A stretch of DNA of 64,000 bases from a virus. Shown piece after piece: positions 37,912-48,176 of the stretch. The stretch covers positions 6,053 through 70,052 of IMG/VR virus record IMGVR_UViG_3300020048_000115; one strand, given 5' to 3'. Position numbers and translations under genes: made by a program. The number at the start of each line of letters is the position of its first letter. Position 1 is the stretch's first letter. The notes under the pieces are model-generated. The model was not told where the DNA came from. It saw only the letters and a program-made list of their open reading frames with translations, and searched no databases.

Positions 37912-38248
37912 TTAGTAATACTTTTGTAATTGTTAGTGGTAAAAGGCCGGTGCCTTGAGGAGAAAACAATGCACGATATTCATGAGTCCGATCTTGATAG
38001 ACCTCAATCCAAAGCGCACATTTTGCAGCAAATTTATATTCGTAGTCGATAAGTAAACACGAATCACGAATCTCTTGATAACCTTTATTGCCCAAAACAA
38101 TACTCCTCTAAATAGTTTTTAACTTCGTCTTCAGGAACATCTTTGGGGCAGCGATTACCAAAGCCTCGGTTAGGCCCGTTCCACCAGCGGGTAGCTAGCT
38201 CTTCGGTACCCACCAAGGATAGTAACAACATATTTAAGTACGGGTCGT

Positions 38249-39007
38249 TCATACAACAATAGTCTTGTATGCATCAAAGCCAACACCGTCGTTTACAGCA
38301 GTGTAGTAGCCATGAGGATTAGCAACAACACGGGTGTCACCAAGCACAATGTCGGTAGCGTCGTGTGTATGTCCAAACATCCAAGTAGTATCAGACATAT
38401 TGCTGATATAATCGCCCAAGTTATTAGCAAAGTAGTCATTGATTAAGTCCGGGCCACGAAAGCGTTCGGCAATGCACTCACGCGCTGGTAAAAAGTGTGT
38501 GACAACAACAGTTTTTTGTTGTGGTTTACGATTTTCGTATTGATCTTTAATATACGCAACGTGGTCGCAGTAAGTACGGACGCATCTATTAACATCAAAG
38601 TTTTTAATTACTCTGAAGTCATTGATGCCGCGCTTAGCTGCTGACTGACTAAAAGGATTATCAGCAAAGTTAGTCCATAGCGTACCGCCTACAAACAACA
38701 CACCATCAATCTCAACACTTCCAGGATTCAAAAAATGCACACCCTCAACCTCGGCACACTTAGCAGTCATTTTAGTATTAAAATCGTCATAGTCGCCACC
38801 GTAATACTCGTGATTACCTGCAACAAAAATGATTTGTGGAAAGCCCAAGTCTTTAAAGAACTTAATAACTCTCATGGTGTTGGTACTACCAGACGCAATA
38901 TCTCCGGCCAATACCAGCACATCTTCGCCACGATAAGTGCTCATGGCGTGTGTAGTATAAGGTAACCGAAACTCGGTATGTAGATCGCTGAGTAGTCTGA
39001 TTTTCAT
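38249..39007 (-). CDS. calcineurin-like metallophosphoesterase (252 aa)
   Basis: Motifs SDLH, GDIAS, GNHEY, VVTHFLP. Confidence 0.65.
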   Translation of the reverse strand: MKIRLLSDLHTEFRLPYTTHAMSTYRGEDVLVLAGDIASGSTNTMRVIKFFKDLGFPQIIFVAGNHEYYGGDYDDFNTKMTAKCAEVEGVHFLNPGSVEIDGVLFVGGTLWTNFADNPFSQSAAKRGINDFRVIKNFDVNRCVRTYCDHVAYIKDQYENRKPQQKTVVVTHFLPARECIAERFRGPDLINDYFANNLGDYISNMSDTTWMFGHTHDATDIVLGDTRVVANPHGYYTAVNDGVGFDAYKTIVV

Positions 39008-39093
39008 TTTATTTCTCGTGTTAAGCCTTTATTATATCACTTAAAGCTACGGCCCACAAGTCTAAAATAGTCTTTGTGAGCCGTAAAAGTAGT

Positions 39094-39555
39094 TTAAGAA
39101 TAGAATATGTGGTTGCCGATTTTAGCAATTATTTGCTTTTTGTGACTCCACTTAGGATTTACTTGTTTAGTATGAAAGTAAAGTGCTTTGAAGTTAGATA
39201 CAGTGATTTTTCTTGCTAGTATAGCATCTGCAATCTTTAAGCTACTTTGCCAAGCTTTCATATCTTGTATAGGTTTTAGTGGTTCGTCAGTCCAGGAAAA
39301 CTGTTTGTCTGCGTACACAACTCCACACACAGTAGGGTGGAAGTCACGAGATTTAACTCGGTTTAGTGTGACTTGTGCTACTGCAATTTGACCCTCAAGT
39401 GGTTCACCTCGGGCCTCGTGGTAGATGTTTTGTGCTAGACAAACCAAGTCTTTTTTATTTACCTTGATTGGGTTTTCCCGAGCTAAGGTACTAGGGGATA
39501 CGTAAGAAGCCCACAGTAGTGCTGTGAGTATTACGCTTATTTTGAATGTTTTCAT
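39094..39555 (-). CDS. SleB/CwlJ-family cell-wall hydrolase with signal peptide (endolysin candidate), 153 aa
   Basis: N-terminal signal peptide. NIYHEARGEPLEGQIAVAQVTLNRV matches the SleB hydrolase_2 core. Confidence 0.65.
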   Translation of the reverse strand: MKTFKISVILTALLWASYVSPSTLARENPIKVNKKDLVCLAQNIYHEARGEPLEGQIAVAQVTLNRVKSRDFHPTVCGVVYADKQFSWTDEPLKPIQDMKAWQSSLKIADAILARKITVSNFKALYFHTKQVNPKWSHKKQIIAKIGNHIFYS

Positions 39556-39608
39556 TTAGCATCTCTATGATACACTCAAATGCTCTAGATTCTAAGTCTG
39601 TGCCTATA

Positions 39609-39935
39609 TTATGGTCCAACTTCTCCGCTAGTTGTTGGAGCAGTAACAGTCTGTCTAAGTAGTTCATATTCTTGAATTAAGTTATTCAGTTGTTGCTGTA
39701 GGTTAAGATTAGTCTGAGACACTGAGTCAATTTGTTGATGTAGGCGCTCGATAACCCGCGCTGCTTTTATTGATAGCGAAGTAGGTGGGTTATTTACCTG
39801 AAAAGGCTCACCAACTCCATTATTTACTACATAGCTTTCGCCATGCTTAAGTCGTTGAACAAGCCAATTAATATCCATATATATTGTAAAATTTTTAAAG
39901 GAACCTTCATTATATCTCAAATAGCTCAACACCAC
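39609..39935 (-). CDS. hypothetical protein (108 aa)
   Basis: ORF only. Confidence 0.35.
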   Translation of the reverse strand: MVLSYLRYNEGSFKNFTIYMDINWLVQRLKHGESYVVNNGVGEPFQVNNPPTSLSIKAARVIERLHQQIDSVSQTNLNLQQQLNNLIQEYELLRQTVTAPTTSGEVGP

Positions 39936-40192
39936 AAGTCAAAATTTTATAAACTCTGCGCCAACGAATAAAAATTTTAGTATTGACTTTGGGTGGTGTT
40001 TGGGTTATAATTAACGATCTAGCACACATGGGTATTATTAAATGACTTTTAGCGAATATATGGCAACCTTGGCTGTTAAACAGTATCTTATATATTGTAA
40101 ACAAAATAACTTAAAGCCAGAATTTGATGTTGAAGTACCCAAACCAAAACTATGTGCACTAGTACTACCTAAAACAAAAACCTAAATAAATA

Positions 40193-40636
40193 ATGCCTAA
40201 AATAGAAGAAATAACCACGCAACTAGAACATATTACAGTATTTGGAACTAGACCTATTGATAACGTCTCCATTCCGCCAGAAACTATGGTAGCAATACAA
40301 AAACAGCTAGGCACTGCACTAAAGTTTGACACAGATAAACTTCCACTACACTTACTGAGTACTGAAGCCATGAACCAAACAGCCGCAGTGTTGGCATTTG
40401 GTGCAGAAAAGTACGCAGCCCACAACTGGCGTAATGGCTTTGCATGGAGCCGACCCTTAAGCGCAGCAATGCGACATATCACAGCATTTAATGATGGTGA
40501 AGATACCGACCCTGAAAGTGGTTTATCACACCTAGCACATGCAGCTTGCTGCATTATGTTCCTTTTAGAATTTGAAAAGACCCATCCTCACCTAGATGAC
40601 CGATACAAACCCAATTTACCGAAAACTAGTAACTAA
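40193..40636 (+). CDS. hypothetical protein, possible nucleotide pyrophosphohydrolase-like (147 aa)
   Basis: Resembles phage dATP/dGTP pyrophosphohydrolase-like families (KYAAHNWRNG ... ESGLSHLAHAA). Weak. Confidence 0.3.
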   Translation: MPKIEEITTQLEHITVFGTRPIDNVSIPPETMVAIQKQLGTALKFDTDKLPLHLLSTEAMNQTAAVLAFGAEKYAAHNWRNGFAWSRPLSAAMRHITAFNDGEDTDPESGLSHLAHAACCIMFLLEFEKTHPHLDDRYKPNLPKTSN

Positions 40637-40893
40637 TTTAAAAAATACTAGAAAAACCCTGTTTCAAGCCTGCAAAGAAGCAGACGTTGACCTAGAAGAC
40701 GTAGACGATACACAACTAGATAAAGTCATCAAACAGTGTACTCACTGCGATATTTGGGGTACTCAACATAAACCAGACTTAGATGATAACCCTATCTGTG
40801 GCGTTTGTTTACGCATTGTAGGCGCATAAATTTACATTTGACACATGGTGTATAATTTGATATAATTAGTGCTTAAATACAAATATAACTACT

Positions 40894-41892
40894 ATGTTCA
40901 ATCAAACTATTAATCGTGTTGGCTTTGCATGTAAAATTCAAGAATCAGAATCTAAAGTCGATCCTAAACTGAATATCAAAGGCACAACCATTACTTGGCT
41001 TAATGCCCAGACTCGTGACCGTGCAGTTGAACGACTCTGGGACTTAATGCGCGGTAATATTACTGCACTAAGTAACCAAGTAGACTATATAGGCAAATTG
41101 CCTGCAAATCAGCGTATGTTTCGTATTAGCTCAGATGTATTGACTGCATACACACATGATTCATGGATGTGGTTTTACTTTGAACCAGATGTTGTGGCTT
41201 TTTTAGAATCGAACTTATCAAAAATCGGCGACAAAGCCAGGGCTTTGGACGTTAAATTATCTTTTCACCCTGGACAATTTTGTGTATTAGCATCGGAAAC
41301 AGATTATGTGGTTGAACGAAGTATTCTTGAGTTTGAGTATCATTGCGACCTCATCAGGTACATGGGCTTTGGTCGAGAGTTTCAAGATTTTAAATGCAAT
41401 GTTCACATCGGCGGTAGACAAGGTCCTGGAGGAATACGGGCAGCTCTAAAAAAGCTCAGCCCCGAAGCACGCAACGTCTTGACTATTGAAAACGCAGAGT
41501 TTACCTGGGGCTTAGACGCGTCACTAGAGTTGATGTTTGACTGTGCCTTAGTCTTGGATATTCATCATCACTGGATTCATACTGGTGAATACATTACCCC
41601 GGACTCTGACGACTTCAAAGCTGTGTGTGAATCTTGGCGTGGCGTTAGACCCACAATTCACTATTCAGTATCGCGTGAAGATATACTAGTTGAACATAGT
41701 GCCAGTATTCTGCCTGATCTGAGTGCACTTAAAGTCGCTAAATTTACTAGTGCCAAGCTCAGAGCACACTCAGAATACTACTGGAATACGGCTGCAAATA
41801 ATTGGGCCTTGACTTTTAGTCCTCATGCTGATATAATGTGTGAATCAAAACAAAAAAACTTGGCATCACAGCAACTAATTGATATGCTATGA
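40894..41892 (+). CDS. uvdE: UV-damage endonuclease UvdE (332 aa)
   Basis: RVGFAC, FRISSDVL, SFHPGQF, NVHIGG, LTIENAE and LDIHHHWIH align with conserved UvdE TIM-barrel motifs. Confidence 0.7.
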   Translation: MFNQTINRVGFACKIQESESKVDPKLNIKGTTITWLNAQTRDRAVERLWDLMRGNITALSNQVDYIGKLPANQRMFRISSDVLTAYTHDSWMWFYFEPDVVAFLESNLSKIGDKARALDVKLSFHPGQFCVLASETDYVVERSILEFEYHCDLIRYMGFGREFQDFKCNVHIGGRQGPGGIRAALKKLSPEARNVLTIENAEFTWGLDASLELMFDCALVLDIHHHWIHTGEYITPDSDDFKAVCESWRGVRPTIHYSVSREDILVEHSASILPDLSALKVAKFTSAKLRAHSEYYWNTAANNWALTFSPHADIMCESKQKNLASQQLIDML

Positions 41893-42058
41893 GCCCAGAC
41901 GAACAAAAAAGATTTAATCAGTGTATGGAGTATGTAAAGGCTATTCAAAAAAAGAATACTTCAGCACACTTTACTGGTTTACTAATGGGAATAATTTGCA
42001 GAATTGCAATACATAATTATGACCTTTTTGCAGAACTAAAACAACGAAGCCAAACAAA

Positions 42059-42505
42059 ATGAACGAAAATTTTAATATCGGTTTTGCCGAAGGTACAAAA
42101 AATGCCGCTATCTTTAAAACTAACGCTCCGTATTCCAACCCTTATCAAGGTACTCATCCTCGCTGGCTTTTTGTGTGCAGTGCTGGTCTCTTGCGGAGTC
42201 CAACCGGTGCCGCTTTAGCCATTGAGCACGGCATAAATGCCCGTAGTTGTGGTAGTAATTTTAACTACGCGCTAATTCCTTGTAGTGCTAATCTCATTAA
42301 TTGGGCTGAGAAAATCATTTTTGTTAACGAAGATAATCTACATCAGCTAGAAGATAATTATGTGGGTATGTTCGACCTGCTAAAGCAAATCGAAGACAAG
42401 GCAATTGTTTTAGAAATCGAAGACGATCACGAGTACATGGCTCCGGAACTTGTTCGAATGTTTAATACTCAGTTGTTTAAGCCTTATGGCCCAGTAACTA
42501 TGTAA
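42059..42505 (+). CDS. CX5R-motif phosphatase-like protein (148 aa)
   Basis: VCSAGLLRSP P-loop of the low-molecular-weight tyrosine phosphatase / ArsC type. Confidence 0.45.
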   Translation: MNENFNIGFAEGTKNAAIFKTNAPYSNPYQGTHPRWLFVCSAGLLRSPTGAALAIEHGINARSCGSNFNYALIPCSANLINWAEKIIFVNEDNLHQLEDNYVGMFDLLKQIEDKAIVLEIEDDHEYMAPELVRMFNTQLFKPYGPVTM

Positions 42506-42509
42506 TATC

Positions 42510-42584
42510 CGGCCGTTCGTATAATGGATAATACAGCAATCTTCTAAGTTGTGAATATGGGTTCGATTCCTGTACGGCCGACCA
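42510..42584 (+). tRNA. tRNA-Arg (anticodon UCU)
   Basis: Acceptor cggccgt/acggccg, T-loop GGTTCGATTCC, anticodon loop cTTCTAa, CCA encoded. Confidence 0.6.
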
Positions 42585-42650
42585 GTTAAATTACAAACTT
42601 GATTGTTTGCTTAAATCAGATTATAATATAGTCTGATTTGGAGAAATAAT

Positions 42651-42974
42651 ATGAACGCATACACACCAGACCGTTGGGTCGTCTTAAAAATTATAACTCC
42701 CAAAGAAACTATTCGCAAAGTATTTGCTGGATGGTATGGTGGTTATGCTGGCAGCGATTTGTGGAAACTTAATTCAGGAATCACTGATATTCGTGAACAA
42801 GATGACTTGTTTGAGTTTGATGGTTATTCGGGCAGTACTTACTTCTGCCACCGTAATAGCTACGGCATGAGCGGCTATATGCACAGCGTGCTGACTTCAT
42901 GGCTTAACCAAGCTGAAACACGGGGTGATGTTCAGATTGATATAATTGATCTTGCGGATATTGTCGTTGTGTGA
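42651..42974 (+). CDS. hypothetical protein (107 aa)
   Basis: ORF with a GGAG ribosome-binding site. Confidence 0.4.
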   Translation: MNAYTPDRWVVLKIITPKETIRKVFAGWYGGYAGSDLWKLNSGITDIREQDDLFEFDGYSGSTYFCHRNSYGMSGYMHSVLTSWLNQAETRGDVQIDIIDLADIVVV

Positions 42975-43491
42975 TATAATATAGGCTAATTAGGAGATAT
43001 TATGGCAGGCTATTCACGAGAGTTTTTGATTGATGCGTATCTTAGCAGGTACTTGAAAGTTACAGGAAATCTTCCAGCACTGCGTAATATGACTGAGCAG
43101 CACTATGACAGAGTTGGCAAGGACAGTTTCCGTGTGTCTGCCTCGCTAGATGCTGATGCCCTCAAAAAATTTAAACTTGATTCCGGACGCAAATCGTAGT
43201 ATAATTAATGTTCTTTCAGAGATTATGGCGTGGCCAGCGGAGAATAACGATCACTTCGGTGTAAAAATCGGCTCTCGTCGTAGTAACATAGTTTTTGAGA
43301 GACCTTTTTAGTATAATAAATACTTGGTTTGATTGATATGAAGATGACGGGCATAGTCAAGAGTCTCATTTTTAATCAAATCCATTTTAGAAGCATATTA
43401 CTCGCAGGACTGCCGAATCGGTCTGTGACCCCCAGTCGTAACTAAGCGTGAGAACTTACGGGGTGCGATTCTCATAATGTGTTTCTAAAAT

Positions 43492-43577
43492 GGAAGTATG
43501 GCTGAGAGGCTGAAGGCGGGGGACTGTAAATCCTCTCTGTAAAAAGCGCGGTGGTTCGAATCCATCTGCTTCCACCA
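43492..43577 (+). tRNA. tRNA-Tyr (GUA), type II
   Basis: Acceptor ggaagta/tgcttcc, loop cTGTAaa, long variable arm, T-loop GGTTCGAATCC. Confidence 0.6.
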
Positions 43578-43879
43578 ATCAACCCAGGGATGGGAAGACC
43601 AGATCAGACCAACAGTATCTAGGCCTAGAGCCAAGAATTCTACTGCGGTGGCGTAACAACTGACTGAACTAGGCTGTCGCCTTGACCTAGTTCCCATATA
43701 TTAGTACTCTGTAACTCAAGAGGCAGAGAGTCGATGTTTAAATTGATTGCGTGTAGGTTTCGAGTACCTACCAGAGTACTAATATATGGGTCGGTAGATT
43801 AACATGGTTAAATCACTGAAGTCGACATACAACACACTTGAGCAAATATATTGACCCTGGGGCCCCGCAAAGGTACATT

Positions 43880-43968
43880 CAATTGCCGTTCAACCTGAGT
43901 TCGAATACATGGTATCGTGTTGTATAATTTAAGGAAGCAGGTTCAAGTCCTGCCTGACCCACCATATT
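43880..43968 (+). tRNA. tRNA-like 3-prime module (5-prime partner ambiguous)
   Basis: T-arm gcaggTTCAAGTcctgc + ctgaccc + ACCA ending at 43968. The only matching 5-prime acceptor, gggtcgg, is at 43787, which implies an intervening sequence or a fragment. Confidence 0.3.
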
Positions 43969-44138
43969 TAAGCACAGTACTTCACTGATAAGGAAGACTG
44001 GTCGGCTGTATTCAACTGGCTAGTACTGTGCTTAATTATGGTTGCAGCAGACAGGGGTCTAGAACTCTGAATCGACTAGGAATAGGTTTGTAACCACCGG
44101 CAAGTTCCGACCGGCAATCATAACTAATAAAGGATGTT

Positions 44139-44279
44139 TATGCGTATTTTCACAAAAGTAGATAATAAATTGATTGTTTATGAAACCAATACTGATGATG
44201 TTGCGGTCGCAATTCAGCTAGTAAAAGACGAATTGGGTACAGCTCACAAAACTCCAGTTCTTGCATTAGTAAAGTATTA
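44139..44279 (+). CDS. small protein (46 aa)
   Basis: AAAGGA ribosome-binding site then ATG, between tRNAs. Confidence 0.35.
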
Positions 44280-44552
44280 AGAAAGTTATCTGAGTGTATT
44301 GTCAAAGGCAGACGGCCGGGTTTGGAACCTGGAGGTTGGGATCTCGGAATTCCCCACTCAGACCATTTTAGTTTGTATATTGCTAGATTCCGATTTAGTT
44401 ACGGAGCTTTACGTACTTGAGACGCATTAGTCCTAGGAAACTAATGTGGTATGGTATGAATTCTGGAATAGGTCTGTGTCATGAACAGAGTACGCCACGA
44501 TCACAGCCTTAGCGGGCTGGGTAGTAAACAATATACAAACTAAAATGAATTA

Positions 44553-44637
44553 AGCGCAAGTGGTGGAATGGTATACACGATGGTCTTAGAAGCCATTGCC
44601 GAAAGGATTGAGAGTTCGAGTCTCTCTTTGCGCACCA
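44553..44637 (+). tRNA. tRNA-Leu (UAG), type II
   Basis: Acceptor gcgcaag/tttgcgc, loop cTTAGaa, long variable arm, T-loop GAGTTCGAGTC. Confidence 0.65.
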
Positions 44638-44644
44638 GATATTA

Positions 44645-44720
44645 GGGGATGTAGCTCAGCTGGGAGAGCGGCTGCTTTGCAAGCAGTAGGTAGCGGGTTC
44701 GAGTCCTGTCATCTCCACCA
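44645..44720 (+). tRNA. tRNA-Ala (UGC)
   Basis: ggggatgtagctcagctgggagagc with a G3:U70 pair, loop tTTGCAa, GGTTCGAGTCC. Confidence 0.75.
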
Positions 44721-44969
44721 AGGATTAGTATGAAATACGACTTTATTAAGACTAGTTGGTTTAATGGGGAGTGGTTGTTGTGGAATGACTACTTTTATAA
44801 TGCCGGTAACAGTTACAGTGCCTACAGACTAGGCCCGATTATTTTAAGAATTTATCATGAAAACACGAAAACCTAGGAATCACGTAGTTATCGCTTTAAT
44901 CAAGCGTAACGGCAGTGGTTCTCACACAAAAACCCACAAGCAGCTTCGTGGTGAATGGAAGCGCATACT

Positions 44970-45044
44970 GGACGTATAACTTAGCGGCTAAAGTAACTGG
45001 CTTTTAACCAGTAAATCAGAGTTCGATTCTCTGTGCGTCTACCA
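44970..45044 (+). tRNA. tRNA-Lys (UUU)
   Basis: Anticodon stem actgg/ccagt, loop cTTTTAa, T-arm cagagTTCGATTctctg, CCA. Confidence 0.65.
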
Positions 45045-45130
45045 TATAAAAACACACTGCTTAAAAAGGAACGAAAGTTCTGGGCTAGGCCACGGCATCG
45101 CAAGGTGGGTAGTGTGTTTCTATATGGTAT

Positions 45131-45222
45131 AGCTCTATAGTTTAATGGTAAAACGGCGGATTTATATCCCGTAAGCAACAGATAATTGGTTCATCTGGGT
45201 TCGAGTCCCGGTGGAGCTACCA
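45131..45222 (+). tRNA. tRNA-like, type II scaffold with aberrant anticodon arm
   Basis: Acceptor agctcta/tggagct, D-arm gtttaatggtaaaac, T-arm ctgggTTCGAGTcccgg, CCA. The anticodon region ggcggatttatatcccgt does not fold into a canonical 7-nt loop. Confidence 0.35.
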
Positions 45223-45226
45223 AACT

Positions 45227-45311
45227 GGAAGATGTGCTGCAAGGTGCGGCAGGAGTTTGCTAAACTCTCGTTCAGAAATGGGCTGACAGGTTCGATTCCT
45301 GTATCTTCCGC
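45227..45311 (+). tRNA. tRNA-Ser (GCU), type II
   Basis: Acceptor ggaagat/atcttcc, loop tTGCTAa, long variable arm, GGTTCGATTCC. Confidence 0.65.
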
Positions 45312-45540
45312 CAACAAACAAAGGATTTATATGCCCTGTATGAAATGTGCTAATGGTAAGTGGAAGTATGGTGAAGCTGGCCGTTGCCAGTTTGATACTC
45401 TGAAGGCTTGTAAAGCAGCAGCCGCAGCTATTCATGCAAAACCTAAAAAAGAACTAGAAACCAAAGGTATGAATTCTAGTAGTAAGATTCTGGGTAACTC
45501 GTTTACTCATGTGATTTTTGATGAACTAAGTTCTTAGGTG

Positions 45541-45614
45541 TGACTATAGTGTAACGGCCAGCACCCGAGATTGTGATTCTTTTAGTCTGAGTTCGATTCT
45601 CAGTAGTCACCCCT
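45541..45614 (+). tRNA. tRNA-His (GUG)
   Basis: Acceptor gtgacta/tagtcac, discriminator C, loop tTGTGAt, T-arm ctgagTTCGATTctcag. Confidence 0.55.
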
Positions 45615-45625
45615 AAGAGCTTTCG

Positions 45626-45701
45626 CCATAGTAGCTCCAATGGTAGAGCAGCGGATTGAAAATCCGTGTGTTACTGGTTCGAGTCCAGTTTATGGTACCA
45701 T
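45626..45701 (+). tRNA. tRNA-Phe (GAA)
   Basis: D-arm tagctccaatggtagagc, loop tTGAAAa, GGTTCGAGTCC, CCA. Confidence 0.65.
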
Positions 45702-45763
45702 ACCTCTCCCTGACTGGCGGAGTATAATGTGATAAGTTGCCAGTCCTAATTCCTGCCCCGTAG

Positions 45764-45838
45764 CTCAGAGGAAGAGCAATCGGTCGATAACCGATAGGCC
45801 GACATTTCGAAATTGTCCGGGGCAACCAATTTAGTCTC
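45764..45838 (+). tRNA. tRNA-Ile (GAU), tentative
   Basis: Acceptor tgccccg/cggggca perfect, D-arm tagctcagagg, anticodon stem atcgg/ccgat with loop tcGATaa, T-loop TTCGAAA, CCA. Confidence 0.45.
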
Positions 45839-45886
45839 TTATACGAGGACTTTAAACTTCGTTAAACACACAACACAGGAGACATT

Positions 45887-46120
45887 ATGTCCACAAAAAC
45901 CCCTTTCGAACTTCGTGCAGAACTACTTCGTCAAGCACAAAACCTTCTTGAGTCTCAGTATGATGCTCAAATCGACTTTGCAACCAAGGCTTTTTATGCT
46001 TTGGTAAAAGAAGGAACTGCAACAGCAGATAACTTCAAGCAGTTTACACCTAAGTTCCCAACAACCGAAGATATTCTTAAGCAAGCTAAAGAATTCTACG
46101 CGTTTGTAAATGCTAAGTGA
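45887..46120 (+). CDS. hypothetical protein (77 aa)
   Basis: ACAGGAGA ribosome-binding site. Lies between tRNAs. Confidence 0.45.
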   Translation: MSTKTPFELRAELLRQAQNLLESQYDAQIDFATKAFYALVKEGTATADNFKQFTPKFPTTEDILKQAKEFYAFVNAK

Positions 46121-46426
46121 ACTAATGCAGCGTGTGCAGGCTATGTTTAAACCGTACACGCTGGAAGACTTCATGAACGATGCAAGTCCTCAAGATCACA
46201 AAGACGTTCAAAGACTTGAAAAAATTTGGAACGATTATCAAAGTCGCAAACTTTTCAATAGTTGTTATTAAATATTACGAAGTTTGATGTTTTTTGATAC
46301 AAAAATAACACCCAAGTAATTACTATAGACGGAGTCCTTTAGGGCTTTAAACAGCATAAATGTCTTCAGTGACAACGAAATGTCACGCCGGAGAGTGTAA
46401 CCGGCACTAATTATTCGGCCAGAGCT

Positions 46427-46455
46427 TGTCTCTGGCTTTTTAGTTTTGTAACACA
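46427..46455 (+). terminator. intrinsic terminator
   Basis: ggccagag-cttg-tctctggc, followed by TTTTT. Confidence 0.55.
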
Positions 46456-46524
46456 GTGATAGTGTACGGCCTTCATACGGCCTAGGTCAGTAGTTCGAAT
46501 ATACCTAAAATTGCTAAATAAAAT

Positions 46525-46600
46525 ATCTCCGTGGTGTAATTGGCAGCACGTTAATCTACAAAATTATTAGTCAAGGTTTGAGTCTATTGGGGCGCTAGTA
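46525..46600 (+). pseudogene. degenerate tRNA-like pseudogene (paralog of tRNA-Trp at 51686)
   Basis: Shares the D-arm tggtgtaattggcagcac and the T-loop GGTTTGAGTCT with the Trp tRNA. Acceptor and T stems no longer pair. Confidence 0.4.
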
Positions 46601-46665
46601 ATCTTTCTTGAAATTATTGCCTTAGAGTGTTATACTTAATTTTTTTAAGTCAATAAAATGAATAT

Positions 46666-47289
46666 ATGTTAGCAAATCAGTTAAATATAGAGTTAGTTAA
46701 ATCATTAGTACAATCAGGTGGTGGGTTGGTGTACAGTAATAGAGGTAAGCCTACTATTTCTTGTATAGATAAACCAATATTTAGATTGGTAGTATCTCGT
46801 AATATGACAGATATCATACGAGATACTATGAATAGTGAAAATATCATATATTTATTAATATCTGAAGATACTTTGCAAGGAAAAGAATATTTTCCTGATA
46901 AATACTTTGAGAATACTGAATATGTAGGCAGGCCTTACCTATATGGGTTATTCGATTGTTTTACTTTAGTAAAAGATTGGTTTAGCAGAGAAAAAAACGT
47001 AAATTTACCTTGGAACTTAGATAGACCTTTTAAATGGTGGGATACTGAAGCCAGTATTTATTTAAAAGAATATACTAAAGTAGGCTTTAGAGATACTACA
47101 GAACTAAATCCGGGGTCAGGTTTCTTCTCAAAAATGGGCGGAAGTACCGTGGCCAACCATGCTGGTATATATTTAGGAAATAATACTATTCTTCACCATC
47201 CTGCAGGTAGATTTTCCTGTATAGAACCAATCACAGTACCTATATTAAATAGTATAACTAATATAGTAGAGTATAAAGGATATACATGA
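46666..47289 (+). CDS. NlpC/P60-family peptidase (cell-wall hydrolase), 207 aa
   Basis: Catalytic Cys context GLFDCFTLVKDW and His context NHAGIYLGNNTILHH. First gene of an AT-rich module. Confidence 0.55.
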   Translation: MLANQLNIELVKSLVQSGGGLVYSNRGKPTISCIDKPIFRLVVSRNMTDIIRDTMNSENIIYLLISEDTLQGKEYFPDKYFENTEYVGRPYLYGLFDCFTLVKDWFSREKNVNLPWNLDRPFKWWDTEASIYLKEYTKVGFRDTTELNPGSGFFSKMGGSTVANHAGIYLGNNTILHHPAGRFSCIEPITVPILNSITNIVEYKGYT

Positions 47290-48176
47290 GATTATTAGTA
47301 GGACAAAGAGTACCCTATGATACAACAGGGATACCTAATACAGATTCCCCCACATTAATTAATATGGGAATAGGTGGCGCAGCTATTATACGAAATAATG
47401 ATAGTACTGTACTCAGTAATGCATTTACCCAAGAAAATTTAGAACAACTTGTATTTAATTCTTATAATTTTGACTATCTTTCTATTAATGAAGTTATTAC
47501 GGTTAATAATATATATTTACCGGAACGAAATCCACTAATAGTCACAACTGGTGGAAAACGCGGGGGCTCTTTTAAAAAGCCTCATACAGGAATAGCAAAA
47601 TATTTAGTAAAGTCTTTGCCTGGTAATTACACACCTATTACTTTTGGGTTTTGTATTACTACAGGTAAGGCTTTAAGTACTTCTACTCTATATGCTAATG
47701 GAGACTCATTTAGAGTTATTTCTTTAAATTCCTCAACTACAGAAGTTTCTATAAGTGAAGTTTACTATATAGGAAATACCGGATTACCTGCATTAAATTT
47801 AAGTTTTTCAATAATGATTTGCGATCAGGGGATTGATAGTTCCCAACTAAATACTAGTGACAAGGCTTTTTATGCAGACCCTAACAGGGTAATATTAGGA
47901 AATGGAAAAATAGATTCTACTAGAGATTATATAATAATGAATCCTTCTGGATTTGCCTTTAATATAGCCCCTTCTATTGAAATGAGTCTTACGACCGATG
48001 TTGTTTTATTTTATGGTCAAAGACTTACTTCAGCAGCAACTAGGTTACGTACTTATGAAAATGGTAATATAATAACCAGTATACAAAATGCCTACGGTAT
48101 CTGGCAAAGTGCTAATGGGGGCGATTGGCCTTACATCATAACACCTGGAACAACTGTAGGAATTTCTAGACCATGA
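47286..48176 (+). CDS. hypothetical protein (296 aa), AT-rich module
   Basis: Translationally coupled. Asn/Thr/Ser-rich, fibre-like composition. Confidence 0.45.
   Translation: MRLLVGQRVPYDTTGIPNTDSPTLINMGIGGAAIIRNNDSTVLSNAFTQENLEQLVFNSYNFDYLSINEVITVNNIYLPERNPLIVTTGGKRGGSFKKPHTGIAKYLVKSLPGNYTPITFGFCITTGKALSTSTLYANGDSFRVISLNSSTTEVSISEVYYIGNTGLPALNLSFSIMICDQGIDSSQLNTSDKAFYADPNRVILGNGKIDSTRDYIIMNPSGFAFNIAPSIEMSLTTDVVLFYGQRLTSAATRLRTYENGNIITSIQNAYGIWQSANGGDWPYIITPGTTVGISRP

Noticed and set aside
43485-43697. Minus-strand 70-aa ORF
   Set aside because: It fully overlaps the tRNA-Tyr gene and flanking structured sequence. It is the antisense of a tRNA.
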